In this document: positions 25,086 through 35,166 of the stretch, piece by piece
How the letters are laid out: each line of letters starts with the position of its first letter
Numbering within the stretch: position 1 is the first letter of the stretch
Source: Chiloscyllium plagiosum
Taxonomy: Eukaryota
Direction of reading: 5' to 3'
Assembly: GCF_004010195.1 (NCBI RefSeq)
Contig: NC_057718.1
Span: forward strand, 31,419,622 to 31,454,787
Length of the DNA stretch: 35,166 bases
Position numbers and translations under genes: made by a program
The notes under the pieces: generated by a model
Databases searched by the model: none
Told to the model about the DNA's origin: nothing
The model's input: the letters and a program-made list of their open reading frames with translations, nothing else

Positions 25086-26240
25086 AGAGTCATAGAGTCA
25101 TAGAGATGTACAGCACGGAAACAGACCCTTCGGTCCAACCAGTCCATGCCAACCAGATATCCCAACCCAATCTAGTCCCACCTGCCAGCACCCGGCCCAT
25201 ATCCCTCCAAACCTTTCCTATTCCTATACCCATCCAAATGCCTCTTAAATGTTGCAATTGTATCAGCCTCCACCACTTCCTCTGGCAGCTCATTCCATAC
25301 CACCCTCTGTGTGAAAATGTTGCCCTGTAGGTCTCTTTTATATCTTTCCCTTCTCACCCTAAACCTATGCCATCTAGTTCTGGACTCCCCGACCCCAGGG
25401 AAAAGACTTTGCCTATTTATCCTATCCATGCCCCTCATGATTTTGTAAACCTCTATAAGGTCACCCCTCAGCCTCTGACGCTCCAGGGAAAANNNNNNNN
25501 NNNNNNNNNNNNNNNNNNNNNNNNNNNNNNNNNNNNNNNNNNNNNNNNNNNNNNNNNNNNNNNNNNNNNNNNNNNNNNNNNNNNNNNNNNNNNNNNNNNN
25601 NNNNNNNNNNNNNNNNNNNNNNNNNNNNNNNNNNNNNNNNNNNNNNNNNNNNNNNNNNNNNNNNNNNNNNNNNNNNNNNNNNNNNNNNNNNNNNNNNNNN
25701 NNNNNNNNNNNNNNNNNNNNNNNNNNNNNNNNNNNNNNNNNNNNNNNNNNNNNNNNNNNNNNNNNNNNNNNNNNNNNNNNNNNNNNNNNNNNNNNNNNNN
25801 NNNNNNNNNNNNNNNNNNNNNNNNNNNNNNNNNNNNNNNNNNNNNNNNNNNNNNNNNNNNNNNNNNNNNNNNNNNNNNNNNNNNNNNNNNNNNNNNNNNN
25901 NNNNNNNCCCTCTGTCTTCTCCTTTGAGCCAGTTCTGTATCCAAATGGCTAGTTCTCCCTGTATTCCGTAAGATCTAACCTTGCTAATCAGTCTCCCATG
26001 GGGAACCTTGTCGAATGCCTTACTGGAGTCCATATAGATCACACCTCTGCCCTCATCAATCCTCTTTGTTACTTCCTCAAAAAGCTCAATCAAGTTTGTG
26101 AGACATGATTTCCGACGCACAAAGCCATGTTGACTATCCCTAATCAGTCCTTGTCTTTCCAAATACATGTACATCCTGTCCCTCAGGATTCCCTCCAACA
26201 ACTTGCCCACCACCAATGTCAGGCTCACTGGTGTATAGAT
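25086..26240 (-). mobile_element. Young CR1 LINE, 5'-truncated (spans assembly gap 25493-25907)
   Basis: YTPVSLTLVVGKLLE..SQHGFVRRKSCLTNLIE..AFDKVPHGRL; the 3' tail is CTCTATGACTCTATGACTCT. Confidence 0.94.
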
Positions 26241-26255
26241 TAACAAATGGTACAA

Positions 26256-26326
26256 TGCATTGGTCAGGAATCGAACCCGGGCCTCCCGCGTGGCAGGCAA
26301 GAATTCTACTACTGAACCACCAATGC
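26256..26326 (-). tRNA. tRNA-Gly(GCC), probably a pseudogene
   Basis: GCATTGGTGGTTCAGTAGTAGAATTCTTGCCTGCCACGCGGGAGGCCCGGGTTCGATTCCTGACCAATGCA: 71 nt, anticodon GCC, 4 differences from the common vertebrate tRNA-Gly-GCC, including loss of the D-loop GG. Confidence 0.93.
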
Positions 26327-26879
26327 AACTTTCTGTAGTTTCAAAGCAATTATATGATAAAGAGGAATATGGGCTCAAAATACACTTGTAAGATGACGGA
26401 CATCAAAGCAGCTGATCATCTATTGAAAACAAGTTATTAATTTATTCGAGTATAGTGAGTGGAAGGGGTGCATCAAAATCCAGTATCACACTGAAGCTTC
26501 TACAAACTGGTAATGACAGCTGAACATGACTAAACAATGTTCCATGTTGCTGTCAAATCAAACTTCTAAGAAGCAATGCATATTAAAAAAGAAAGCTGAG
26601 GCTTGACTAATTACAAAATGTGAGAATTGAGAGGTTGCTCAAGGTGTTACAGCAGGAATTACACATACAAGAATGACCAAGGACCATTAAAAATTATTTC
26701 CAAGTAGTGGAGAAAGGTAAGGCCTTGGGATCAAATCAATTCAGTGCCAGTGGATCTCCGCGGGAACATTGAGTATTATATGGCTTTCTGATTATTCAAA
26801 TTCATCATTCTAAAATAATCATAATACTGATAATATCTATTTGCGAGGCGCATAGATAGATCTCCATTTTAAAATGGAA

Positions 26880-27780
26880 TGTGCATTATTTCAAGCCATT
26901 CACCTAGTGAGCTAGTTTAATTGAAAGAGTTAAAGCCCAAAGATTGGTGTTCTTTCATTCAAGATGTGGAATCTGAATGAACGACAGAAATATTCTCTTA
27001 AAAAGAGCCCAGGGATACTGTCAGGTCTTCTTGCTCATTATATGTTTATGGCTTTTAGTTCATTGTAAATCTGTCATGGTTAAGCTAGGCAAGAATTTGG
27101 CATCAGCATGTTAGCTAGCAGTATGTTCATTGGGGGAAATGCATGACATGTGAAAAATTTTCCACATGACTATTGATATGATTTGAGATGCATATATGAT
27201 TCTTGTCATCAGAGCTGAAATCCTGACCAAGAGTTGATTAGGGATACCACATGCCATTAAACACATTCCTCTATCCAACCCTGGCGGATCACTTCTCTTT
27301 TGATGCTGAATTTTCTTAGAGTGAAAACTGGCCTTTGCATTTGTAAGCATGTGGTTCACTTTGTTTCACCAGTGTCTATACAGATGGATATTATAATAGT
27401 GATAGGTAGACCGCCATTTGTGAATCACCAATTTGATACTCACTGTTATTCAGGGTTTATTGGGTACATAATATTTTATTTTCTTTGAGTCAGAAGATCT
27501 TTCACAATAATATGGATAAAGATGTTGTTGAATACCTGACACAATTGACTGACATCTTAATTGCGGGGAATAGTAATGGGACATGCACTATGAACCATGT
27601 GCTCAAGCTCATATGCCACCCCCTTTCAGTGGACTCTTGCTTATGTCATGCACATCTGAGCCTGATTGGGAGACGATAGGTATATTGCAGTTTCCAATTG
27701 CAGTTGTCGAGTGGATTTTTGCCTCTTCCTACAGTGATGATATATCTTTGTGATCATCGTATCCAAAATGCACATATTCA
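26880..27780 (+). pseudogene. Very decayed, internally deleted Gypsy pol (RT, RNase H, integrase)
   Basis: Ordered motif remnants: LIERV..DWCSFI (26917), AQGYCQV (27007, cf. GYWQV), FGIS (27096), AY..LVI (27190, cf. YxDD), AFVS (27337), FHQCLY..IIVIG (27364, cf. FHQYLYG..TDH), VDF..YIFVII..SK (27711). Confidence 0.55.
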
Positions 27781-27884
27781 GTTATTGTTAACAATCAGTT
27801 TCAGGTGTTAGATTCATGTCATTGCTTGTATGTAATACCATAAGTTCTCAATTTCCACTGCAATGAACCTCTATTTTAACAAAG

Positions 27885-28460
27885 CAACATAAACTGACAG
27901 CCAGACTACTGCGACCCCTAGGACTCATAACGGCACACAAACCAACAGCCACGCTCAGACAACAACTCACCAGAACGAAGAACGCGATACCCAACATGAG
28001 CAAAACTAATATAGTGTACAAAATACCATGCAAGGACTGCACAAAACACTATATAGAACAAACAGGAAGACAGCTAACAATCCGCATACATGAACATCAA
28101 CTAGCCACGAAACGACACGACCAGCTATCCTTAGTAGCCAGACAACAAGCAACATGAATTCGACTGGGACAACACTACTATCATGGGGCAAGCCAGACAG
28201 AGAACAGCCAGGGAATTCCTAGAGGCATGGCATTCATCCACAAACTCCATCAACAAACACATCGACCTGGACCCAATATACCAACCACTACAGCGGACAG
28301 CTGAAACTGACAACTGGAAGCGGCAGGGACAGACCACTATTAAACACCGGAGGAAACATCAAAGAAGCGCTTCGCAGGAGGCTCCCAAGCACTGATGATG
28401 TCGCGAACAGAACCACAGCAACGAGCACCCGAGCTACAAATCTTCGCACAAACTTTGAAC
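27885..28460 (+). mobile_element. Penelope-like element GIY-YIG domain and 3' end (second family)
   Basis: Frame from 27891 reads KLTARLLRPLGLITAHKPTATLRQQL..NIVYKIPCKDCTKHYIEQTGRQLTIRIHEH, then REFLEAWHS..INKHIDLDPIY. Confidence 0.92.
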
Positions 28461-29519
28461 TTAGTGTCATGTCTCATTGGGGTAGTGTGTTGGAAATCAA
28501 GATCTGCTATTCCTGGAGTCATGATGAAAGTTAGAAATTCTATCAAAGTATCCTAAGTCTCTTAAGCTACTGATTAAAAATCACAACTGTTCAGAGGAAA
28601 TAAACTGGCTTTCTTCAGTTTTTAGATTTTTTTTACTGCAGATAGATATAAATCATTCCCCTTTCAGAGGTCCATAGGTTTCTGGCCACATTGTTCACAC
28701 TCCCCGAGCTGTTCAGCTATCTAGAAGCAAATCACCTTGTCGTTGACAAGCAGAAGATCTTTGTCATCAACGTCGAGTTCCCATTTCACAGACCAATCAG
28801 CTGCTTGTTGCCAGTCAAATCACTTTATGCATTCCGCCACAGACAGCCTGTCTGCAGTAGGCTTCTCCTCCTTCTAGAAATAATAACAGTCTGAACAACA
28901 TTTACAATGATGTTCAGTAACTTGCTTTTAAAAAGTATAGCAATCCCTTCCCGATGTTTGTTTGGTTTTTGAAACGTTCCATTTCCCATTTCAGTCCACA
29001 ATCAAATCAAGTATAAAAATATAATTTTTATAATAGTTGGATAATATTGCTGACCATTGTCAAGTTTCAGTGACTACATCAATCTCATTATTTCCATTGA
29101 TTACAGATTATTTGAAATTCACTTCATGTTATTGCTTAAAGATCCAGCATCTGAAAGAAAGTAGGCAAACTTTCAGAGGTTCTTGAATTTGTTCTTGTTC
29201 GAGTTGGGATTTTCACTGTGTTTTTAGGAATAGTATGTTGCTGTGGAGTCTGAGCAGGTCTATATCCATTGAGAGTAGAAATATGGCAGGTAGTGCTTGA
29301 TTAACTCGATTTTGATTAATGTGCTTTTGCCACAACACAGTCTTTACTGCCCATAATTCCAATAATGCATGCCTCATTCACAATAGCATGGTTCTTACTC
29401 AGCTCCCAGCAGCACAGAGGAATGAATGCACGCCAAAGCTCAGCATTTTTGGGCAAGTTCTTGTTCATTCAGTTCAATTTGTGTGTCTCAATAAAGGCTG
29501 GACCAGCTTTAAAAACAGT

Positions 29520-29774
29520 CCCAGGTTCAATCCCAGCCTCGGGCAATAACTGTGTGGAGTTTGCACATTCTCCCCGTGTCTGTGTGGGTTTGTTCCAGTT
29601 TCCTTCTACAATCCAAAGATGTGCAGGTCAAGTGAATTGGCCATGCTAAATTGCCCATAGTGCTAGGTGCATTAGTCAGAGGGAAATGGGTCTGGGTGGG
29701 TTACTCCTCAGAGGGTCAATGTGGACCAGTTGGGCCGAAAGGCCTGTTTCCACACGTAGGGAAATCTGATCTAA
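29520..29774 (+). mobile_element. HE1-type SINE, truncated at the B box
   Basis: GGTTCAATCCC, central domain and tail collinear with 9146-9401. Confidence 0.9.
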
Positions 29775-30496
29775 ACTTCCTGCATGATGTCCTGCCTTTC
29801 TTCCATGGCATTGTCATGTTAGTCATTGGGTAAGAACTCCAGGTTGAAGATAGTTCTGGACATACGCTAAATTCCTTAGTGTTGTTGACAGGGATAATAT
29901 GCACATCTTAATGAGTTTCTCATTCTCTTGTACTCAATTCCGTTTTGCATTCAGTTGTAAAGATACATTGGATTCAACAAGTGTATTCTGAAACAGTTCT
30001 ATAAAAAAGGGAACAAAAACCCTAAAATCACAGAACAGTTGTTCATAGTTAACAGTAAGTGAAAGGGCATCAGGAATGCCAATGCTGGACACAAGACTCT
30101 GCTAAGCAAGAGAGACAGTTTATAGGGGACAGAGTTTGGTGTGGGAACCACAGGTATGGCTCCGTATGGATAAGAGGACAGGCTGAGTGATGTATAAAGT
30201 TTGAACAAGGACATGGATCATATGAAAGTTGTAAACTTGCCTGGCTCCTCAACTGTCTTTCTGACTGTTTGAAACCTGTGTGTTCTCCCTCTCTGACAAG
30301 TGTTGAAGATGGCTCGGTATCTGAGATGGACACCATGGATTTCTTCTAAGACACTCCATGTGCAAAAGGCAAGCTGCTGTGTGTTACATGCTATCCATAT
30401 CATAGGCAGAGTTGGAGGAACTTAATGCAGAGCTAAAACGCCCCAGGAGGAACTATGAAAACATTATCTATGATCTTGGAGTCAGAGGGGGAGGAA

Positions 30497-31516
30497 TGTA
30501 GTGATTGTAATGAGGTCAGCCAGGTGGATATCATAGAAAATGTGTTCCCTGCTTGGGGCTGTTAATCTGGTCCAATCAGGGAGCCCTGGCTGATTGATAT
30601 AAACAGAGGTGTCCCCTTTTTGTGAAGGGCACTGCTTGTCACTGGCCACTCCGGTGTTTTCCTATCTTCCTGGTGGTGGAAATTGAGTAAAGATTCGTGC
30701 ACTTTGTGTCTTTCACTGTGTCTCACACCTGCACACACACACCATGGATGCTGCGGAAAAAAATAAGCACTACCGCGGTTAGGTAGTAGTGTGGGGGTTA
30801 AAAAAGAAAAAAAAGAAAAAAATATATAAAAAAAATAAACAGGGCATTTGATTTAATCCCTGCCCTCCTCTTCACCTTTTTGATCACACAGCATCGCCCT
30901 TTGATGTGAAGGGCAGTGCTTGTCACTGGCCACCCGGGTGTTTTCCTATCTTCCTGGAGGTGGAAATTGAATAAAGATTCGTGCACTTTGTGTCTTTCAC
31001 TGTGTCTCACACCTGCACACACACACCATGGGTGTTGGGGAAAAATAAGCACTACCGCAGTTAGGCAGTAGTGTGGGGGTTAATAATAAAAAAAAGAAAA
31101 ATAAATCTAAAAACTGATCACACAGCATTGCCAAATAAATAAATAAATAAACAGAGGTGTCCCCTTTTTTGTGAAGGGCATTGCTTGTCACTGGCCACTC
31201 GGGTATTTTCCTATCTTCCTGGTGGTGGAAATTGAATAAAGATTCGTACACATTGCGTCTCTCACTGTGTCTCACTCCTGCACACACACACCATGGGTGC
31301 TGGGGGAAAAAAATAAGCACTACTGCAGTTATGCGGTAGTGTGGGGGTTATATAAAAAAAAATAAAGCAGGCATGCTTCCTCCTCCAACTCTATTTAAAA
31401 AAAAACAAAAAAAAGGAAAAGAAAAAAAAAAACAGAGGTGTCAGAGGTTCTGTTCACTTTGACAGCTGGCTCTGAGGGAACTGAATCAGTGTCAAGAACT
31501 CTTCACAGTTATTTCA
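30497..31516 (+). mobile_element. LTR (TG..CA) interrupted at 30614-31442
   Basis: Starts TGTAGTGATTGTAATGAGG, has CCAAT and TATAAA motifs, resumes after the duplicated AAACAGAGGTGTC and ends TTATTTCA; homologous to the minus copy at 31907-32034. Confidence 0.75.
30614..31429 (+). repeat. Three head-to-tail copies of a ~190-bp structured A-tailed unit (30614-30799, 30897-31081, 31162-31349), probably an L1/Tx1-clade 3' UTR or a derived SINE
   Basis: Collinear units with scattered substitutions, each with A(A/G)TAAA plus a GT-rich tract, a terminal CACTAC..GTAGTG stem-loop and an A-rich tail; target AAACAGAGGTGTC at 30601, 31149 and 31430. Confidence 0.85.
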
Positions 31517-31519
31517 GTT

Positions 31520-32034
31520 TAGGTCGAGTAGGACTCTTTTGCTGTCTCAAGTCCACATGCTGGCAACAACTACATTGACTTACCAGGCCAGATTGTGAAG
31601 AAAGCTTTCATCATTTAGTCAAGATTTGGCTTTGTTTTGAGGTTTTCTGTGGGCTGTCCCAGAGTGCCAGTGTTCAGGTTATGTCCAGAGTGAGGCTATG
31701 CAATTGCCTTCACTCAAGTGGTGTTTCCAGGCTCTGTCAGTCTAGCAAGGGTATCAATTTCTGTCAAAATACCCTGCAACTCATATGCTCCACTTGCTGC
31801 ATTTTCCAATGATAAAGCCAGTTGTAGTGCCTGTTGGAAGTCCAGTTGGTTTCAGCTAGTCGGCGCTTTTGTATGGTTATATCATTAAACCCACTCTTGT
31901 TGCTACTGAAATATATTCACAGAGACTAGTATATCTATCAGCCAGGGCTCCCTGATTGGACCAGATTAACAGCCCTAATCAGGGAACTCATATTCTATGC
32001 GGTCCACCTGGTTGACCTCATTACAATCACTGCA
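31520..32034 (-). mobile_element. Gypsy 5' LTR (internally deleted, 32034-31907), PBS-like motif and gag fragment
   Basis: The LTR ends TATTTCA, followed by GTAGCAACAAG (decayed TGGCGACGAG-type PBS) and GFNDITIQKRRLAE-QLDFQQALQLALSLENAASGAYELQG, resembling Gypsy gag. Confidence 0.75.
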
Positions 32035-32767
32035 ATGAGATCAGGTAATGAATGTTAAAAGAGTTGGCAACCCTAAGTTCTTTAGAGAGTAAATTATTAG
32101 ACACTAGTGATAACAGCAAACACCATGTTTTGATATACCTTGTGTATAAATAACCCCACAACTATTAGCTAAAATATTCAAACAGTTAGACTTACCACCC
32201 ACCTGCTACTGAAGTTAAACCCGGCCTGGTGTAAACTGATGTAAGAGAATCATAAAATAATACTAGTGGTCACTTGGTGGCTCCTTGTGGCTGCACAATC
32301 CTTCCAGGAGGGGTGGTTGCTGGTGGGGGAAATGTTTGGCAGATACTGCCTTTGAGGCAACTCTTAGATTGCAAAGCAATGGGAGAGATTGGATTTCACT
32401 CTCTCCCAAAACGTTACTTACATAAAACTTAAGAGCTTACTTTTTCACTAAAAATTGAGGACTTATGAACTCAACTTTTACATGGGAATTTACAGTAAGA
32501 AACAGTTTGAATTTCATCCATTCAGGCAGATATTAGTTCTTTTTTGTGTTCTGCAACATTCTTCACACAACCTAATTGTACTTCAGTTGTACAGTTTATT
32601 CCCTCTGGAAAGAAAATACAGACATACAGTGTCAATAACACTCCCAGTGAAATTGATGCTTTCACTTTTTCTGCACTAACACTGTAAGCACAAGCCAAAA
32701 TACCTCACTTGATTGATGTAACAAGCCCAGACGAGACCATGATGTAATCCACAGTTAAGGAGAAGCC

Positions 32768-32785
32768 ATCATCATCATCATCATG
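32768..32785 (+). repeat. (CAT)n microsatellite
   Basis: CATCATCATCATCATCAT. Confidence 0.9.
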
Positions 32786-34828
32786 AGTCATAAGAGTTTT
32801 AGCTATGGTACTAGAGAAATAAATTTAACAATTGTTTAAAAGCTTAGTTGAATGAGATTTTGTTGACATTGTTATGTTTTGAGATCTATATTTAAATTTA
32901 CCGGTTGAATTAAAAGTGAAGTTAGCATGTTCTCTAAATTAATGCTCATCAATCTGTGAAAAATAAAGACAAATAAATAAAACCCTTTATACATTGAAAA
33001 TATACACCCAGCACTGTAATGAGTGACCTTTTCCAGGGTCCGTAGCTAATAAGTTTGTCTTCAATTTCTTATCCTCTACTTAAGATTAATGCCAGGGTAA
33101 AGTTCCACATTTCATTACTTTCCATTACTTGCCCATTCATCATGTAGAAATGTTTCAGCAAAGATAACTGTGACCAGTTTTGAAATCAGCGCCAACCATT
33201 TTTTGAACAAAATCTGTCGCTTTGCACTGATCTATGTGTTTCTTAGTTTGACAACACTGATTACAATGAAATAAATCTTAACTGGGTAATTAGCATTTAG
33301 AAGCAAATCAATGTGATAAATTGAAGTACAAGAAGGCAACTAATAGTATGCAGTTTCCTTCTGGGCTGTAGTGCTGCAGAATCTTTTGGAATGATTAACT
33401 GGTGCTCATACTGCTTGGAAGAGAAAACTGTCAATGCTGAAGGCTACTGCGTAAAATCTCCAAATACGGGCCTAACAACATCCAATGGTAAACTCTTACG
33501 TTCCAAGAATGATATTCTGATATTCTTGTAGTGATTGATCAGCCATGTGTCCCTGTAATGCTCAAATTAGTTGTACTTTAGTCACATAACGGATTCAATC
33601 ACAAGTTCTGGAGGCCAAATTAGAGTGCTAGCAACATACACTTATCATTTTTATCTTGCTGAGGTAGGACAGTTGGGGACAAGAAGAATGCAGGCGCAAG
33701 TTTGCAGTTCTGCTAAGCTGTTGCTTCTTCAGATATTCCCAGCTACTCCGTAATATCAAAACGATCAAGATCACAACTAATCATGCTGTGTGAATTCAGA
33801 AAAATATTGGCCTTAGTGAGTTTACTGTGTCGCCTCCTATCTGTGTTATTATCATCTATATATTCAAGCTCTTATTAAGATAGTTCATTAAAGATGTAAA
33901 GCACTTTTGATGGAGCTCTGTCCATTCCATAAATTTACGTTTAAAGTTGAGGGAGTGAGCATGTTGCTGCACAAACCAGTGCAATATCAATCTCACACCT
34001 ACACTGTGTGTCAGCAGCATATATGACAATGACATTGCATGTGCTGCAAGCAAATGGACATGCCACAAAGTCTAAGGGGAGTAATCTTCAGTCAAGTCAA
34101 GGGAGAAACCCATCAGTCAGGAAGTCCCAGACAGTAAGTCAAGGCCAATGTCCAATATCAGTCCAGTGTCAGGCGGGTCAGATTCATCAGGTCCACACCT
34201 CTTCAGTCCAAGGAGTGGGTCACGGTCAGCCTTGTAGGTCTAGTGCAAACAGTCCCAGGAGTCGAGGAATATAATCAGGGAACCAATGGATGTCAGTCAG
34301 CTATATGGTCACTTACTATTATGGGCTGTCCAGGTAAGTCATTCAAGGATGTGGGCCATGATCAGTCCATGGCATCCATCTTCTAAAAAATCAAGGGTGG
34401 CTTTGAGGGTCCCCTTCTGAGGGAGGGAGCCTGAGGACCATTACTGTGACAATTGGATTCAGAAAGCTAGGATGCGGGGGGGAGGGGTTACAATAGTACT
34501 CAGTATAGAAGTGGGGAAACAATACAACATAGAAGGGGAAGATATATGTTGGGGAAGGAAATCAACAGTAAGCAGCACTCTGACTTTTATGTGGGGACAG
34601 TACACAATTAGATCTGGTATGTTTACCTAATATGCTTTGGGCTGGAAAGTAAAGTGAGTGGATGAGGAGTTAGATAAATGTGGTGAGTAGGGACTTGGAA
34701 ATGCAAAGCCAATGGTGTTGACAGGGGAGCTACCAGGAAGAGGATTTCATATTTAGGGGTTCAACAAGGCCAAGCCTTGAAACTCACTGTTCGAGGGGTG
34801 ATCACTGTTGCCTTTCATCCTGCTGCAA

Positions 34829-35166
34829 ATAACGTGTGGAATGGAGTTGGAAGTGGCCGCAACCACACCCAGAGAGGATGGGGTTAGCACTTCAATCAGT
34901 GACATCATTGCTGATGCCACATGCTCAGTGACTTCCGCCACCCCTACTGCCGTGGTCACCACCACTTCCGCCCCCACCAGCGCCACTCACCTGCATTCTG
35001 CTGACACGCCCCCCACAAACCCCACTGTCACTATCCCCACCCCCCAGAACCCCGAGGGGAACACTACCCCTGCTCATGACTCCACCCCCATTCCCCCCAC
35101 CATCACACCCACTCCAGTTACAGGTTCCGCTCCCACTCCCAGCTCTACACCCACACCAGATCCCAG
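34829..35166 (+). mobile_element. Thr/Pro-rich open frame running off the window, probably the N-terminal region of a Penelope-like ORF with a short 5' inverted segment (~34829-34885)
   Basis: Frame open from ATG 34841 to the window end (..IADATCSVTSATPTAVVTTTSAPTS..PTPDP). Strand skew flips from G-rich to C-rich at ~34886. The family call rests on recall only. Confidence 0.5.

Noticed and set aside
25367..26378. Longest ORFs in the track (305, 186 and 158 aa)
   Set aside because: Artefacts of reading through the 415-N gap; the real sequence is CR1 RT plus the tRNA read in frame.
28736..28873. Minus-strand frame with a single TGA as a possible selenoprotein exon
   Set aside because: No recognisable selenoprotein motif or SECIS; one stop in ~46 codons is unremarkable.
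31381..31392. TCCTCCAACTCT in the transduced segment is the reverse complement of 30408-30419
   Set aside because: Only 12 bp and the flanks do not extend, so chance or shared repeat ancestry is plausible.
30614..31429. CRISPR-like array or satellite
   Set aside because: Units are ~190 bp with A tails and target duplications, and there is no short repeat/unique spacer pattern or cas gene in this vertebrate DNA.
30497..32034. DNA transposon with 105-bp TIRs
   Set aside because: No TSD; both arms have LTR features (TG..CA, TATA, PBS-like motif and gag beside one). Kept as an inverted-LTR finding.
32700..32792. Minus-strand mini-ORF MTHDDDDDGF..
   Set aside because: The acidic run is simply the (CAT)n microsatellite, and the frame stops after 28 codons.

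Overview
Repeat-dense, AT-rich vertebrate genomic DNA with no recognisable host protein-coding gene; almost all listed ORFs are transposon fragments or their antisense shadows. The repeat set (HE1-type tRNA-derived SINEs sharing a 3' tail with CR1 LINEs, many CR1 copies, GIY-YIG Penelope-like elements, decayed PIF/Harbinger genes, Gypsy LTR/gag/pol remnants) points to a cartilaginous fish, probably a shark; this is an inference from repeat recognition. Elements are heavily nested. Other contents are a mutated tRNA-Gly(GCC) abutting a truncated CR1, a few candidate splice-flanked exons, and assembly gaps at 8016-8020 and 25493-25907. The most interesting signals: (1) a structured ~190-bp A-tailed unit inserted twice at the same 13-bp site of an LTR, with copy starts and one copy end converging on the same position in a hairpin, suggesting a defined RNA processing site; (2) minimal hammerhead-ribozyme cores in Penelope 3' ends, one split exactly by a 5' inversion flanked by a 16-bp target-site duplication; (3) two LTR copies in inverted orientation. 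Family names come from motif recognition by eye, not from database searches.
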